From NCBI GenBank assembly GCA_963666985.2, contig CAXXIA010000002.1, forward strand, positions 1,568,001 through 1,632,000: 64,000 nucleotides of DNA, read 5' to 3'. Made by a program: the position numbers and the translations under genes. Each line of letters opens with the position of its first letter. Positions within the stretch are counted from its first letter, which is position 1. A model generated the notes under the pieces. That model searched no databases. It was not told the origin of the DNA and was given only the letters and a program-made list of their open reading frames with translations. Origin of the DNA: Spirochaetia bacterium (GTDB lineage Bacteria > Spirochaetota > Spirochaetia > DSM-2461). Below, piece by piece: positions 10,319-19,820 of the stretch.

Positions 10319-11116
10319 ATGCCGAATCTTGATCATCCCGTAACCTGGCTCGTCATAGTCTGCGGCGGACTTTTGGCAGGATTCATCGACAGCATCGCCG
10401 GCGGCGGCGGTCTCATTACACTTCCGGTCCTGCTCGCCGCGGGGCTCCCGCCGCACCTGGCTCTTGGAACCAACAAAGTCCAATCGGTCTTCGGCAGTGG
10501 AACAGCGGCATGGAGATACGGCAAGAAAGGCCTCATCCGCTGGAAAATCGTCTGGCCGGGAGTCGCTATGAGTTTAATCGCGGCCGCCGCCGGTGCCTGG
10601 ACGGTTCGGAGAATTAATGCGACGCATCTGGAAAGAATTCTCCCCTTTATACTTGCGGCTCTACTTGCGGCTCTTTGGTTCTACGTAGCGCTTAAAAGGG
10701 ATCTGGGTGACTCCGCGAGCCGTTCGAGGATGCCGCTGCGGCTGTTTTATCCTATGGCAGGCGGCCTGTTCGGATTCTATGACGGTTTCCTGGGCCCCGG
10801 TACCGGATCGTTCTGGACCGTCTCGCAGGTAACCCTGGCGGGCATGGACCTCAAACAAGCGACAGCCGCCACCAAACCGTCGAATTTCGCCAGCAATCTG
10901 GGTGCCCTTATCTTCTTCTTTCTCGCGGGTCAAACTGTAATATATGTAGGACTTGTCATGGCGGCCGGACAAATCGCCGGTGCCTGGCTGGGCTCCCACC
11001 TGGTCATCAAACACAAACCGGGGTTTATCCGCCCCTTCTTCCTGCTCGCAACAGCCGCAATAATTCTGAAGCTGCTCTGGGATCAATATGGAAGGAACCT
11101 CGCCGAATCGTTCTAA
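10319..11116 (+). CDS. TSUP (TauE/SafE, YfcA-like) membrane transporter
   Basis: AGFIDSIAGGGGLITLP, ALGTNK, GFYDGFLGPGTGSF; start at ATG 10319. Confidence 0.9.
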   Translation: MPNLDHPVTWLVIVCGGLLAGFIDSIAGGGGLITLPVLLAAGLPPHLALGTNKVQSVFGSGTAAWRYGKKGLIRWKIVWPGVAMSLIAAAAGAWTVRRINATHLERILPFILAALLAALWFYVALKRDLGDSASRSRMPLRLFYPMAGGLFGFYDGFLGPGTGSFWTVSQVTLAGMDLKQATAATKPSNFASNLGALIFFFLAGQTVIYVGLVMAAGQIAGAWLGSHLVIKHKPGFIRPFFLLATAAIILKLLWDQYGRNLAESF

Positions 11117-11231
11117 AGAGAAAACCTTAGTGTCGATCTTCAGATGACGGCTTCGGTAACGGGATCGGCTTCAAAAATTGCGCGGCCGATCTTCAACAGC
11201 CTACAACCGTAAAACAGCGCAGATCGCTCCG

Positions 11232-11648
11232 CTACAGCAGCTTCTCAAGCTCCTCGGCGCAAACCCGCACGGCCTCGCTGCAGACCGTTGAATACAAGTC
11301 CTTCTCTTTTGCCTCTTCAAGATCGGTTCCGAGAATATCGCGGCATCGTTTCGCTCCCAGACGGGCTTCCACCGCATTAAGGAAGGAGGAAACCTTTTCC
11401 TTGGTCAGCGCCTTCGCTTCCTCTTCTTCCGGAGCTTCGCTTCCGTATTTCGCGTTCAGAATAAACACGCCGCCGGTGATGGCGCCGCAGATTTCCTGAT
11501 GTCCGCCGACTCCGCCGCCGAAACCGGTCGTAAGCTTGTGAACTAAAGCAAAATCAAGCCCCGCTTCTTCGGCGAACGCCGATGCCACGGACTGGGAACA
11601 GGCCGAAGCCGTTTTAAATTGAGCAGCGGCTTTCTCAATATGTGTCAT
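11232..11648 (-). CDS. C_GCAxxG_C_C family putative redox protein
   Basis: CSQSV, GFGGG, ICGAITGG, CRDI, C-terminal Cys; GGAGG RBS. Confidence 0.85.
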   Translation of the reverse strand: MTHIEKAAAQFKTASACSQSVASAFAEEAGLDFALVHKLTTGFGGGVGGHQEICGAITGGVFILNAKYGSEAPEEEEAKALTKEKVSSFLNAVEARLGAKRCRDILGTDLEEAKEKDLYSTVCSEAVRVCAEELEKLL

Positions 11649-11765
11649 AAACCGGCCTCCTGAAAATTTTCGGGCCGGACTGATTGAAGACCGACACGAA
11701 GAATCAAAGATGAGTATACTTTATAAAGGCTGCTGAGAACGACACCAATGCCCCGGAGGATCCGA

Positions 11766-12704
11766 ATGAAAAAACGTCTCTTTGTTACCCTGTTCGTCAT
11801 CGCCGCCGTCATCCTCGCGGGAATCGCGGTCGTCTTCCTTATATCGCCGGAGAAGCACCGCCTGAACGATGCCGTTCGCGCCGCGAGCGGGTACGATTAC
11901 ATTACGCTCTCGGAAGGCGTCACCGAATACGAAATCACCGGACCCGAAGACGGAACGCCGGTTATTCTGGTGCACGGCATGTCCGTTCCCATGTACGATT
12001 GGGATCGGCAGGTTCCCTATCTGGCGAACCGGGGATTCCGGGTGATCCGCTATAACCACTACGGAAGAGCGTATTCGGATCGACCAAGAGGAACCTACGA
12101 CCGGAGCAAATACGTCCGGCAGCTGAACGAACTCATGGAAGCTCTGAACATCGACCGGGCGCATCTGGTGGTCCATTCGTTGGGCGGGGTGATTGGAGTT
12201 TCCTTCGCGCAAATCCATCCTGAAAAAACGGATAAAATCGTCCTTATCGCACCGGCTTTCTACATGGCCGAAGACAACGGAGGCATCGCCGCAATCCGCG
12301 TTCCCATCCTGGGCGACATCCTGGCCAAGACGATGCTTCCCGGAATGCTCGCCGACCGCGCCGACGGACTGTTTTTCGACGCGGGGATTCCCGAAGCCGA
12401 AGAATACTCCGCCGCGTTTCGGGAACAAATGAAATACGCCGGTTTCTCCCGGTCCGTGAAATCCCTCTTCCGCAATGACATGGCGGACGAACTTTCGGAA
12501 CCCTACAGCCGGCTTGAGGGCGAAAAGGTGCTGCTGATTCGGGGAACCAAGGACAACTCCATCCCGGAAAAACATTTCGCGGCGATATCGGAAATTCTTC
12601 CATCCCTGCGCGTCGAGGTTCTTCAGGGCGCGGGACACTGTCCCAATTTCGAACGGCCGGATGAAGTTAACGCCATGATAGCGGGTTTCCTGACCGGCGG
12701 CTGA
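11766..12704 (+). CDS. Alpha/beta hydrolase with N-terminal TM/signal
   Basis: LVHG, YGRAYSD, HSLGG nucleophile elbow, GTKD, AGHCP; GGAGG RBS. Confidence 0.85.
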   Translation: MKKRLFVTLFVIAAVILAGIAVVFLISPEKHRLNDAVRAASGYDYITLSEGVTEYEITGPEDGTPVILVHGMSVPMYDWDRQVPYLANRGFRVIRYNHYGRAYSDRPRGTYDRSKYVRQLNELMEALNIDRAHLVVHSLGGVIGVSFAQIHPEKTDKIVLIAPAFYMAEDNGGIAAIRVPILGDILAKTMLPGMLADRADGLFFDAGIPEAEEYSAAFREQMKYAGFSRSVKSLFRNDMADELSEPYSRLEGEKVLLIRGTKDNSIPEKHFAAISEILPSLRVEVLQGAGHCPNFERPDEVNAMIAGFLTGG

Positions 12705-12710
12705 AAAAAA

Positions 12711-14216
12711 TTACTTCCCCAGATAAAGCGAGTCTTCCAGAGTCGGTTCCATCTGTTTAATCAATTTATTCCAGAGCCGCCGCCGCTTCTCCGCATCAAC
12801 CCGGCCGACAAGATCGCTCTTCATCGTTTCATGAGACCGAACGGCTCGGCACAGCCTGTCGAATTCCGCATTTTCGTCCGAAAGAAACAGAACTTTTCTA
12901 TTTTTCTCCGTATATCCTTCGATGTGATTGTCGTAAGCACAGCAAACCTTTCTATACGCCGCCTCAACGCCCTCGCCGTACATCAAGAGAAAAGAATCCG
13001 TTCCCGGAACATCCTCAAGAATTCGTAAAGCATCGCTTAAAGCATCCAGAGCCTCGGAAAAATCCCGACCGGCCGAGAACCGCTCAGCGGCCTCGTTGAG
13101 CCGGCGTATCACGGCGGTATTACCGGATTCGCCGCGTTCCGAAACGTCCTTATTCTCAGGCGAAGAGAGTTCAAATTTCGGCATGGCTTTGCAGACTTCG
13201 ATCATCAGATCAGCCAGTTCCAAAAAAACGGATTCGGTCCAGCGATTATTCTCAACGGCATCCAGAAATCGAACCAGCGACTCCTTGTATTCCAGACGAT
13301 GCATCACCGCTTTATCGACCAGGATTTCGGTAATGCGCATGTCGAGTCCTTTGAAGGAAAAATAACCGACATCAAGAAAAGCCATCTGACGCGGAGTAAA
13401 CATCGGCGCGTAGCGCTTGGCGGTATCCGACTCATATTTCAAGCGGACATTCTGCGTCGTCAGAATGCGGGTCGCCGCCGAAGAAAACCGATTCGCCCGC
13501 GACTGAAGCCTGGCCGCCGTATTCACCACCGTTCCCGAAAGATCGCCGGCTTTGGTGATTACCAGAGAGGTATACTTACGTCCTCCCGCAATCCCGGCGG
13601 AAACCGACAAGTCGGGAAGCTTGTTGAATTCTCCCCGCCGCCTCTTAACGAACTCCCTTTTACCGGTTAATCTCCGCTCCCCGAAATAATCGGCGATCAG
13701 CACAACCGAATTCACGACATCGTAGGCCGATGTTCCGATCAAAATAATCTCATCTCCCCGAGCTCGGTTTCCTATGACATTATTCTCTCGGCACAAGGCC
13801 TTTACATCTTCCTCAATACAATCGTCCAGCAGGCGGAGGAGAGTCGCGTCGTTCCGATTCTTGGAAAATTCCGTATAACCGTGAATATCGATGAACGCGC
13901 AATAAATGTCGGTAATGGACATGCTCAGCTTCAGCTCACCGCCGAAAGGATAATCCGAATTCGGAAGGGCAAGCTGACCCCACAGCACGGGATAGGACTT
14001 GGGATTCAAATCCCTGAAAAATCCCCAGTAAATCTCACGAATCAGAGGAAAGGCGCTTTGAAGGACATAGTCCTTCCTGGCTCCTTCTTCAACACATTCC
14101 AAATAATTCACCAAATCCGAAAAACTCCGGATATGTCTGGTAACAACCTGCCAGTACACATGTGTGAATAATTCATAAGATGTGGTTTCGGCCGTAAGAT
14201 CCTTTATATCCCGCAT
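12711..14216 (-). CDS. Class III adenylate/guanylate cyclase domain protein with unknown flanking domains
   Basis: FIDIHGYTEFS, RGDEI, DLSGTVVNTAARLQS, FKG. Confidence 0.75.
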   Translation of the reverse strand: MRDIKDLTAETTSYELFTHVYWQVVTRHIRSFSDLVNYLECVEEGARKDYVLQSAFPLIREIYWGFFRDLNPKSYPVLWGQLALPNSDYPFGGELKLSMSITDIYCAFIDIHGYTEFSKNRNDATLLRLLDDCIEEDVKALCRENNVIGNRARGDEIILIGTSAYDVVNSVVLIADYFGERRLTGKREFVKRRRGEFNKLPDLSVSAGIAGGRKYTSLVITKAGDLSGTVVNTAARLQSRANRFSSAATRILTTQNVRLKYESDTAKRYAPMFTPRQMAFLDVGYFSFKGLDMRITEILVDKAVMHRLEYKESLVRFLDAVENNRWTESVFLELADLMIEVCKAMPKFELSSPENKDVSERGESGNTAVIRRLNEAAERFSAGRDFSEALDALSDALRILEDVPGTDSFLLMYGEGVEAAYRKVCCAYDNHIEGYTEKNRKVLFLSDENAEFDRLCRAVRSHETMKSDLVGRVDAEKRRRLWNKLIKQMEPTLEDSLYLGK

Positions 14217-14334
14217 ACGGGACAATTTTACTCGCGGCGGTATCCGGACTCAATATTCAAACCGCCGTTACCTCGGTTGAACGGGTACTCCCGTCCGCTC
14301 TTCAATCAAGCCTCATCTCCGCCTACAATATGGT

Positions 14335-14913
14335 ATGAACCCGAACTCTGAATCCTTTTTGAATCTTACGGAAAAACGCCGAAGCGTACGGAAATATCTT
14401 CCGGATTCCGTGCCGCGTGAATCTCTTGACCGGTGCCTGACGGCGGCACAAAACGCCCCTTCGGCCAATAACGGTCAACCCTGGGAATTCATCGTCGCTG
14501 CCGACGATACCGTTCGTGAACAGCTGGTTATAGCCGCGCGATTCGGTCCGCTTCGCGGCAACCTTTTTGCGGATCAGGCGCCCGTCATCGTAGCCGTAAA
14601 CGAAACACCCGGACACAGGCCGACGCGCTGGGGCGGGAAACTCCTGGGCAGGGACTTCCCGCTGATGGACATCGGCATGGCCGTTCAAAACTTCTGCCTG
14701 CAGGCGGCAGAAGAAAACTTGGGAACATGCATCCTCGGCCTCTTTTCCGCCCGAAGGGTTCGAAGAGCCTTAAATCTCCCTCCTTCAAAAAAACCCAGAC
14801 TCCTCATCACCGTCGGCAAACCCGCAAGCGAAGAGATTCCGAAAAAAAAGAGAAAGCCGCTCTCGGAGATAAGCCGTTATATTGAAGGGAGAGGAATATC
14901 GAATGGCGTATGA
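14335..14913 (+). CDS. Nitroreductase family protein
   Basis: RRSVRKY, APSANNGQPWEF, DIGMAVQN, LGTC, KKRK. Confidence 0.9.
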   Translation: MNPNSESFLNLTEKRRSVRKYLPDSVPRESLDRCLTAAQNAPSANNGQPWEFIVAADDTVREQLVIAARFGPLRGNLFADQAPVIVAVNETPGHRPTRWGGKLLGRDFPLMDIGMAVQNFCLQAAEENLGTCILGLFSARRVRRALNLPPSKKPRLLITVGKPASEEIPKKKRKPLSEISRYIEGRGISNGV

Positions 14914-15841
14914 TCTTTCGGAAACCCTGGTAATAGGACTCTCGTCCCGGGCCCTTTTCGACCTTGAACGGGAAAACCGTATTTTCGAGGAAGAGGGTTT
15001 GGACGCCTATGCCCGCTATCAGAAAGAAAACGAAGCACGTGTTCTTGAGCCGGGTACCGCGTTCCCGCTGGTTGAAGCCCTGCTGAAACTCAACGACAAA
15101 CTCGGCGAGCATATCGTGGAAGTCGTTATCATGAGTCAGAACAACCCTCAAACCGGCCTTCGGGTGATGAACTCCATAGACTTCTACAATCTGGCCATTA
15201 CCCGCGCGGCATTCTCGGGCGGAGAAGCCCTGGGCCCCTTCCTTGAGGCATACAGCGTTGATTTGTATCTTTCGAAAAACCCCGACGATGTTCAGGACGC
15301 CATTGACCACGGAATCGCCTCGGCTCAGCTTTATGCCCCGCCCGAAGCGTTCAATCCGGACGCCGACGAAATTCGTATCGCCTTCGACGGCGACGCCGTT
15401 CTCTTCAGTGAGGATTCGGAAGTGATCTATAAGCAGCAAGGCCTGGACGCCTTCCTGGAAAACGAAAAGGTCTTTGCCGAGGTTCCTCTTCCCGAAGGTC
15501 CATTCGGACGTGTTCTTCGAACCCTTTCAAAAATTAAAACACTTTCGGACAAACCGCTGGTCCGCATCGCCCTGGTAACGGCCCGGGACCGGCCCGCCCA
15601 CGAACGTGTGATTTTGACTCTTCGAAGCTGGGGCGTCACCGTGGACGAAGCCTATTTTCTCGGCGGCCTTTCCAAAGATAAAGTCCTTAAGGCCTTCAAC
15701 GCCCATATCTTCTTCGACGATCAGGATAAACACGCGGGTCCCGCATCCGAACACGTTCCCTCCGCCCGTGTTCCCTACAGGAAAACATCAAAGCTCTACA
15801 AAGAAAACGATTCGAAGCAGGATCAATTTCCGGATGAATAA
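14903..15841 (+). CDS. 5'-nucleotidase (cN-I-like family)
   Basis: SSRALFDL, PGTAFPLV, RIAFDGDAVLFS, LVTAR, AYFLGG, HIFFDDQ. Confidence 0.9.
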   Translation: MAYDLSETLVIGLSSRALFDLERENRIFEEEGLDAYARYQKENEARVLEPGTAFPLVEALLKLNDKLGEHIVEVVIMSQNNPQTGLRVMNSIDFYNLAITRAAFSGGEALGPFLEAYSVDLYLSKNPDDVQDAIDHGIASAQLYAPPEAFNPDADEIRIAFDGDAVLFSEDSEVIYKQQGLDAFLENEKVFAEVPLPEGPFGRVLRTLSKIKTLSDKPLVRIALVTARDRPAHERVILTLRSWGVTVDEAYFLGGLSKDKVLKAFNAHIFFDDQDKHAGPASEHVPSARVPYRKTSKLYKENDSKQDQFPDE

Positions 15842-15953
15842 TCAAGAATATTCTTTTGCGGCATGAAGCGGCGCCTGTAAAAGTTCGGCGGAAACCGGAA
15901 TCCCAAGATTGCCTTTGAGAAATAAATATTTTTGGCTCTTTCTGTGATAATTC

Positions 15954-16544
15954 CTAATTCATTCGAAATCCGAAACCGACATCGAACATCGTATCGAAAC
16001 GGCCCGGCATGAAATCCCAAGCACTTTTTGCGGCGGTTATCGCAATGCAATAAGGCTTCCAGGCAAAAGAAAACCCTATATTCACAAGAAAAGTCCCGCC
16101 TTCGGGCTGATAATACACATGCGTGCCGGCCCCGGCTCCGAGACTCAGAAGAGAAACCGGCCCTCCAAGCAGATCCGAATAAAAATTGTAATCGGCATAG
16201 CCGCCGCAGCCTACGAGAAGACCGACCCGACCGACATTCAAGTCCCAGCCCACTCCCAGCAATCCTTCCGTGCCGATACTGACTTCCCTAAGATTGAAGT
16301 AAATTGCGACATTGCCGTTTTCCTGATTGTTATAGCTTATTGAATAATACGGAGTCAGGCGCGAGTACAATCCGACGAAATTTCCACCCTTTCGAATCCA
16401 GCTCATCGACAAATCCCGATTCACGCGATTATCAACAAAACCATATGGCCCCACGCTATACCCGATGTTAAACATGTTGGTCGCGGCGGACAGTGAGGCC
16501 GTCAGAATGAAAACAAGAAACAGAATCGTAACAAGCTTTTTCAT
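15954..16544 (-). CDS. Small outer-membrane beta-barrel protein
   Basis: Signal peptide, alternating aromatic/Gly strands, C-terminal DVGFGFR; paralogous to 16877-17509. Confidence 0.65.
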   Translation of the reverse strand: MKKLVTILFLVFILTASLSAATNMFNIGYSVGPYGFVDNRVNRDLSMSWIRKGGNFVGLYSRLTPYYSISYNNQENGNVAIYFNLREVSIGTEGLLGVGWDLNVGRVGLLVGCGGYADYNFYSDLLGGPVSLLSLGAGAGTHVYYQPEGGTFLVNIGFSFAWKPYCIAITAAKSAWDFMPGRFDTMFDVGFGFRMN

Positions 16545-16737
16545 GCTTCCTCCGAAGCTTTATTCTTTACGCTGACAATATAATCCCAAGTTCTTACAGA
16601 TACACTATCCCGCCTTCTTGTCTCAACATAACAGCAGCGATAGAGCGAATCATCAATGTGATCGTATCATAATGATTCTTTCGGAATGAAATAACAGTTT
16701 GAGGAGACTTCAAAAATCAGCGAATTTTGAGGGGGGT

Positions 16738-16780
16738 CGGCTGTCGGCTAGAAGCAATTTCATCATTTATGAAATTGCCT
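16738..16780. repeat. Diverged palindromic intergenic element, copy 1
   Basis: 32 of 43 positions identical, ungapped, to 44526-44568; contains GCAATTTCAT..ATGAAATTGC inverted repeat. Confidence 0.55.
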
Positions 16781-16808
16781 CGGCTTATTTACCCCATATT
16801 GCCCAAGT

Positions 16809-16839
16809 AAAAAAAAGACCCCCGCGGAAGCGGGGGGTT
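16809..16839 (-). terminator. Rho-independent terminator of 16877-17509
   Basis: CCCCCGC-GGAA-GCGGGGG stem next to an A8 tract (U tract on minus strand). Confidence 0.8.
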
Positions 16840-16876
16840 ATCTTTTGCAGCGGAATTTTGCCTTAATACTATAATC

Positions 16877-17509
16877 CTACCAGTCATCCCCGCCGCTTGA
16901 GGAAGACGACCGATTCGATTTTCCGCTGTTTCCTCCCGTACGCCAACCTATTCCAATATTCAGATTCACAGTAGACTGTCCCCAGTTCGTGTAATTATCC
17001 GAATTCGAATCAATTATATAGAAAGTCCAAGGACTGATAGCCGCCATAATACCGGCATTTATCACGATATTGCCGCTTCCCGGTTGAAAATACAAATTCG
17101 CGGCAAAACCAAACCCCGCGGAGACCGTAAAAGACGAATAACCGTAATCATAATAAAATAAATCGGAGAAAAGTCCTCCTCCAAGAAGCAGGCCCATGGA
17201 TCCGAAATTCAAGTCACCGCCATATCCAACAATAAAATTGGAGCCGATTAGGGTTTCGTCGTAATCAGACAGCTTCGCCACCGATATGTTTTTAAAACTC
17301 AATCCGTAATACGGATTTACTTGAGCATAAAGACCGGCATCATCATTTTTTAAGGTAGAAACACTGAGGCCTATACTGCGAAGGTGCAAGTCATCAATAC
17401 CCCAGAAATCATTATGAATATTATATCCAAGGTTCAACAAAGTTGTTTTTGCCGCCAATGGCATTGCCATAATTACCAGGACGGTAATGAAAACCAAAAC
17501 CTTTTTCAT
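16877..17509 (-). CDS. Small outer-membrane beta-barrel protein
   Basis: Signal peptide MKKVLVF..PLAA, amphipathic strands ending NIGIGW plus Ser/Gly tail; shares GxDLNxGxxGLLxGxG and YxQPxxG with neighbour. Confidence 0.65.
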   Translation of the reverse strand: MKKVLVFITVLVIMAMPLAAKTTLLNLGYNIHNDFWGIDDLHLRSIGLSVSTLKNDDAGLYAQVNPYYGLSFKNISVAKLSDYDETLIGSNFIVGYGGDLNFGSMGLLLGGGLFSDLFYYDYGYSSFTVSAGFGFAANLYFQPGSGNIVINAGIMAAISPWTFYIIDSNSDNYTNWGQSTVNLNIGIGWRTGGNSGKSNRSSSSSGGDDW

Positions 17510-17636
17510 AAATTTCACACTCCTTTTCTTATATAATTCCCATTTTACAATGTTCAGTATTGAAAACCAATAAAATCAAAAAGAAAACAAGGTTTTATTC
17601 CAATCCGGACTCTCTTAAAATGTTAAACTCTTACTT

Positions 17637-18962
17637 ATGGAAGGCTTCCTCTCCGAACTCATCATCTTGAGGGACTACATGTCCCATCACGGTCTGTTTT
17701 CCACGGGCATGCTGCTCATCCTCGGCTACTTCCTGGGTAAACTGGCCGCGCGGATTAAACTTCCCGAAATCACGGGATACATCATTGCGGGTCTCGTCCT
17801 GGGAGATGCCGTCCTGGGTCTTGTTCACCATGAAATGAGTGAATCCCTGCAGATCGTTACCGATGTGGCCTTGGGACTGATCGCGCTGACCATCGGCGGC
17901 GAGTTCTCCTTATCCAAGCTCAAACGCATGGGCAGCGAGGTGATCATCCTGACGGCGGCGCAGATTCTGCTCACCTTTCTCGCGGTAACCATAGGACTGC
18001 GGTTATTCCGCCTTCCGCTGCCGTTCGCCATGCTCTTGGGAGCCATCGCAACGGCCACGGCCCCGGCGGCCACGGTGGCCATCGTTCAGTCTCTGCGGGC
18101 ACACGGCCCCTTTATCGACCGCCTTTACGGGATTGTCGCCTTGGACGACGCCGGCGCGGTTATTATCTTCGGCGTGGTCTTCGCCGTCGTTTCGGGTATT
18201 CTCGGCGGAGGCGAAGTTGCGGCGGCCGGAGAAGCCGCGGCTCATGCGGCGTCTTCGGCGGCTCACGGCCCGGGCGGCAGTGCCGGAATGATCTGGACGG
18301 CCATTAAGGAAATCCTCATATCCATCATCATGGGCGGCCTTGTAGGCTGGATTATCCATTTATTAAGCCGTAAAAAAAATCATGCCGGAGAACTGATGAT
18401 TATTTCCCTGGGATGGATTTTTCTTTTAACCGCCCTTTCCATCGTGTTCCACCTCTCACCGCTGCTTTCCAACATGGCGGCCGGTACGGTACTGATAAAT
18501 CTCTCTCCGGGGAATCATAGAATTTTTCGAAATCTCGAACCGCTTACACCGCCTATTTACGCCTTGTTTTTCGCCATAGCGGGGACGGAGCTGAATCCGG
18601 CGGTTTTTCTGGAAGGAGACATCCTTATTCTCGGTCTCGTTTTTATCGCGTCGCGAGCTTTCGGGAAAATCTTCGGCGTAACAGGCGGAGCCCTTATTGC
18701 CCGCTCCAAGCCGAGCATCCGAAAATATCTGGGATTCTGCATGCTTCCTCAAGCGGGCGTGGCCATCGGCCTGGTGCTTATGATTCAGGCCTCTCCCATG
18801 GTGGCGAACCTCGGTAACGCGCAAAAGGATATTATTTTCATGATGGTGAATATTATTCTGCTCTCGGTCTTCTTCAATGAACTCTTCGGTCCGCCGATTT
18901 CAAAAGCCGCCATCGTGAAAGCCCTCGATAGGGAAGAACAAGAAAACAAGGAGGCGCAGTGA
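17637..18962 (+). CDS. Cation:proton antiporter (CPA2, Na_H_Exchanger)
   Basis: KLPEITGYIIAG, ATATAPAAT, VALDD, PQAGVAIG; ~12 TM. Confidence 0.85.
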   Translation: MEGFLSELIILRDYMSHHGLFSTGMLLILGYFLGKLAARIKLPEITGYIIAGLVLGDAVLGLVHHEMSESLQIVTDVALGLIALTIGGEFSLSKLKRMGSEVIILTAAQILLTFLAVTIGLRLFRLPLPFAMLLGAIATATAPAATVAIVQSLRAHGPFIDRLYGIVALDDAGAVIIFGVVFAVVSGILGGGEVAAAGEAAAHAASSAAHGPGGSAGMIWTAIKEILISIIMGGLVGWIIHLLSRKKNHAGELMIISLGWIFLLTALSIVFHLSPLLSNMAAGTVLINLSPGNHRIFRNLEPLTPPIYALFFAIAGTELNPAVFLEGDILILGLVFIASRAFGKIFGVTGGALIARSKPSIRKYLGFCMLPQAGVAIGLVLMIQASPMVANLGNAQKDIIFMMVNIILLSVFFNELFGPPISKAAIVKALDREEQENKEAQ

Positions 18963-19789
18963 TGGATCTCGCCGCAATGTTCGATGCCTCGTCCTGTTCG
19001 GTAAACCTTAAAGCCAAGGATAAAGATTCCATTCTCGAATCTCTGGCCGCCCTGGCCGTCCGCAGCGGACGAACAGGAAGCGCCTCGGAAAAGGCCATAG
19101 CCGTAGCATTGTCCGAACGGGAAGCACAAGGTTCAACGGGCTTCGGAGATGAAATCGCCATTCCCCATGCCAGGGTTGCCGGAATGAAGGACTTTCTCAT
19201 CTTCGTCGCCCATTCACCGAAAGGCGTGGAATTTCAAAGTCTGGATAAAAAAAAGGTTAAACTGTTCTTCGTTATCATCGGCCCTGAAAACCGCCCTTCG
19301 GAACATGTCCAAATTCTGGCGTCTCTTTCCCGGGCCTTAAGCGGATCCACCTTGAAAATGGAACTGCTGGCGGCCGGTTCCGTAGAAGTTCTGGCCGAAT
19401 CGTTCCTGCGGCACACCGGAGAGAAACACGAGGAGGTTCCTCAAAAAAAGCAGGATCAAAAGCTTCTCGTGCTCATTCTCTACATGGATGAATTCCTGTA
19501 TCACATCCTTGAATATTTCCTTGAAGAAGGAATCGAAGGTGCCACGATTCTCGATTCTTCCGGCATGGGCCAGTACATTTCCAATATTCCGCTTTTCGCC
19601 ACTTTCATCGGATTCATGAACGAAAAGAAAAATCACAGCCAGACGATTCTGGCCACCATTCCGGCCGCAAGAGAGGAAGAAATCATCAAGGGAATAGAAG
19701 CCATCACCGGAGATCTGGATAAAAAGCAGGGCGCCATGCTGATGACTCTGGATATCGGAACCTGGAAAGGGACGATGAAGATGATGTAG
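18959..19789 (+). CDS. PTS EIIA (Ntr/Fru-type) domain fused to C-terminal PII-like domain
   Basis: REAQGSTGFG-EIAIPHAR with phospho-His; C-term GATILDSSGMG...GDLDKKQGAMLMTL resembles PII-like proteins; 4-nt overlap with antiporter. Confidence 0.75.
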   Translation: MMDLAAMFDASSCSVNLKAKDKDSILESLAALAVRSGRTGSASEKAIAVALSEREAQGSTGFGDEIAIPHARVAGMKDFLIFVAHSPKGVEFQSLDKKKVKLFFVIIGPENRPSEHVQILASLSRALSGSTLKMELLAAGSVEVLAESFLRHTGEKHEEVPQKKQDQKLLVLILYMDEFLYHILEYFLEEGIEGATILDSSGMGQYISNIPLFATFIGFMNEKKNHSQTILATIPAAREEEIIKGIEAITGDLDKKQGAMLMTLDIGTWKGTMKMM

Positions 19790-19820
19790 CGCTCAGAAAA
19801 GGGCCGAATAACAAGACAGA

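Noticed and set aside
12711..14216. Pycsar-type anti-phage cyclase
   Set aside because: No adjacent cNMP-binding TM/TIR effector, host-like composition, and the adenine-type Asp is retained
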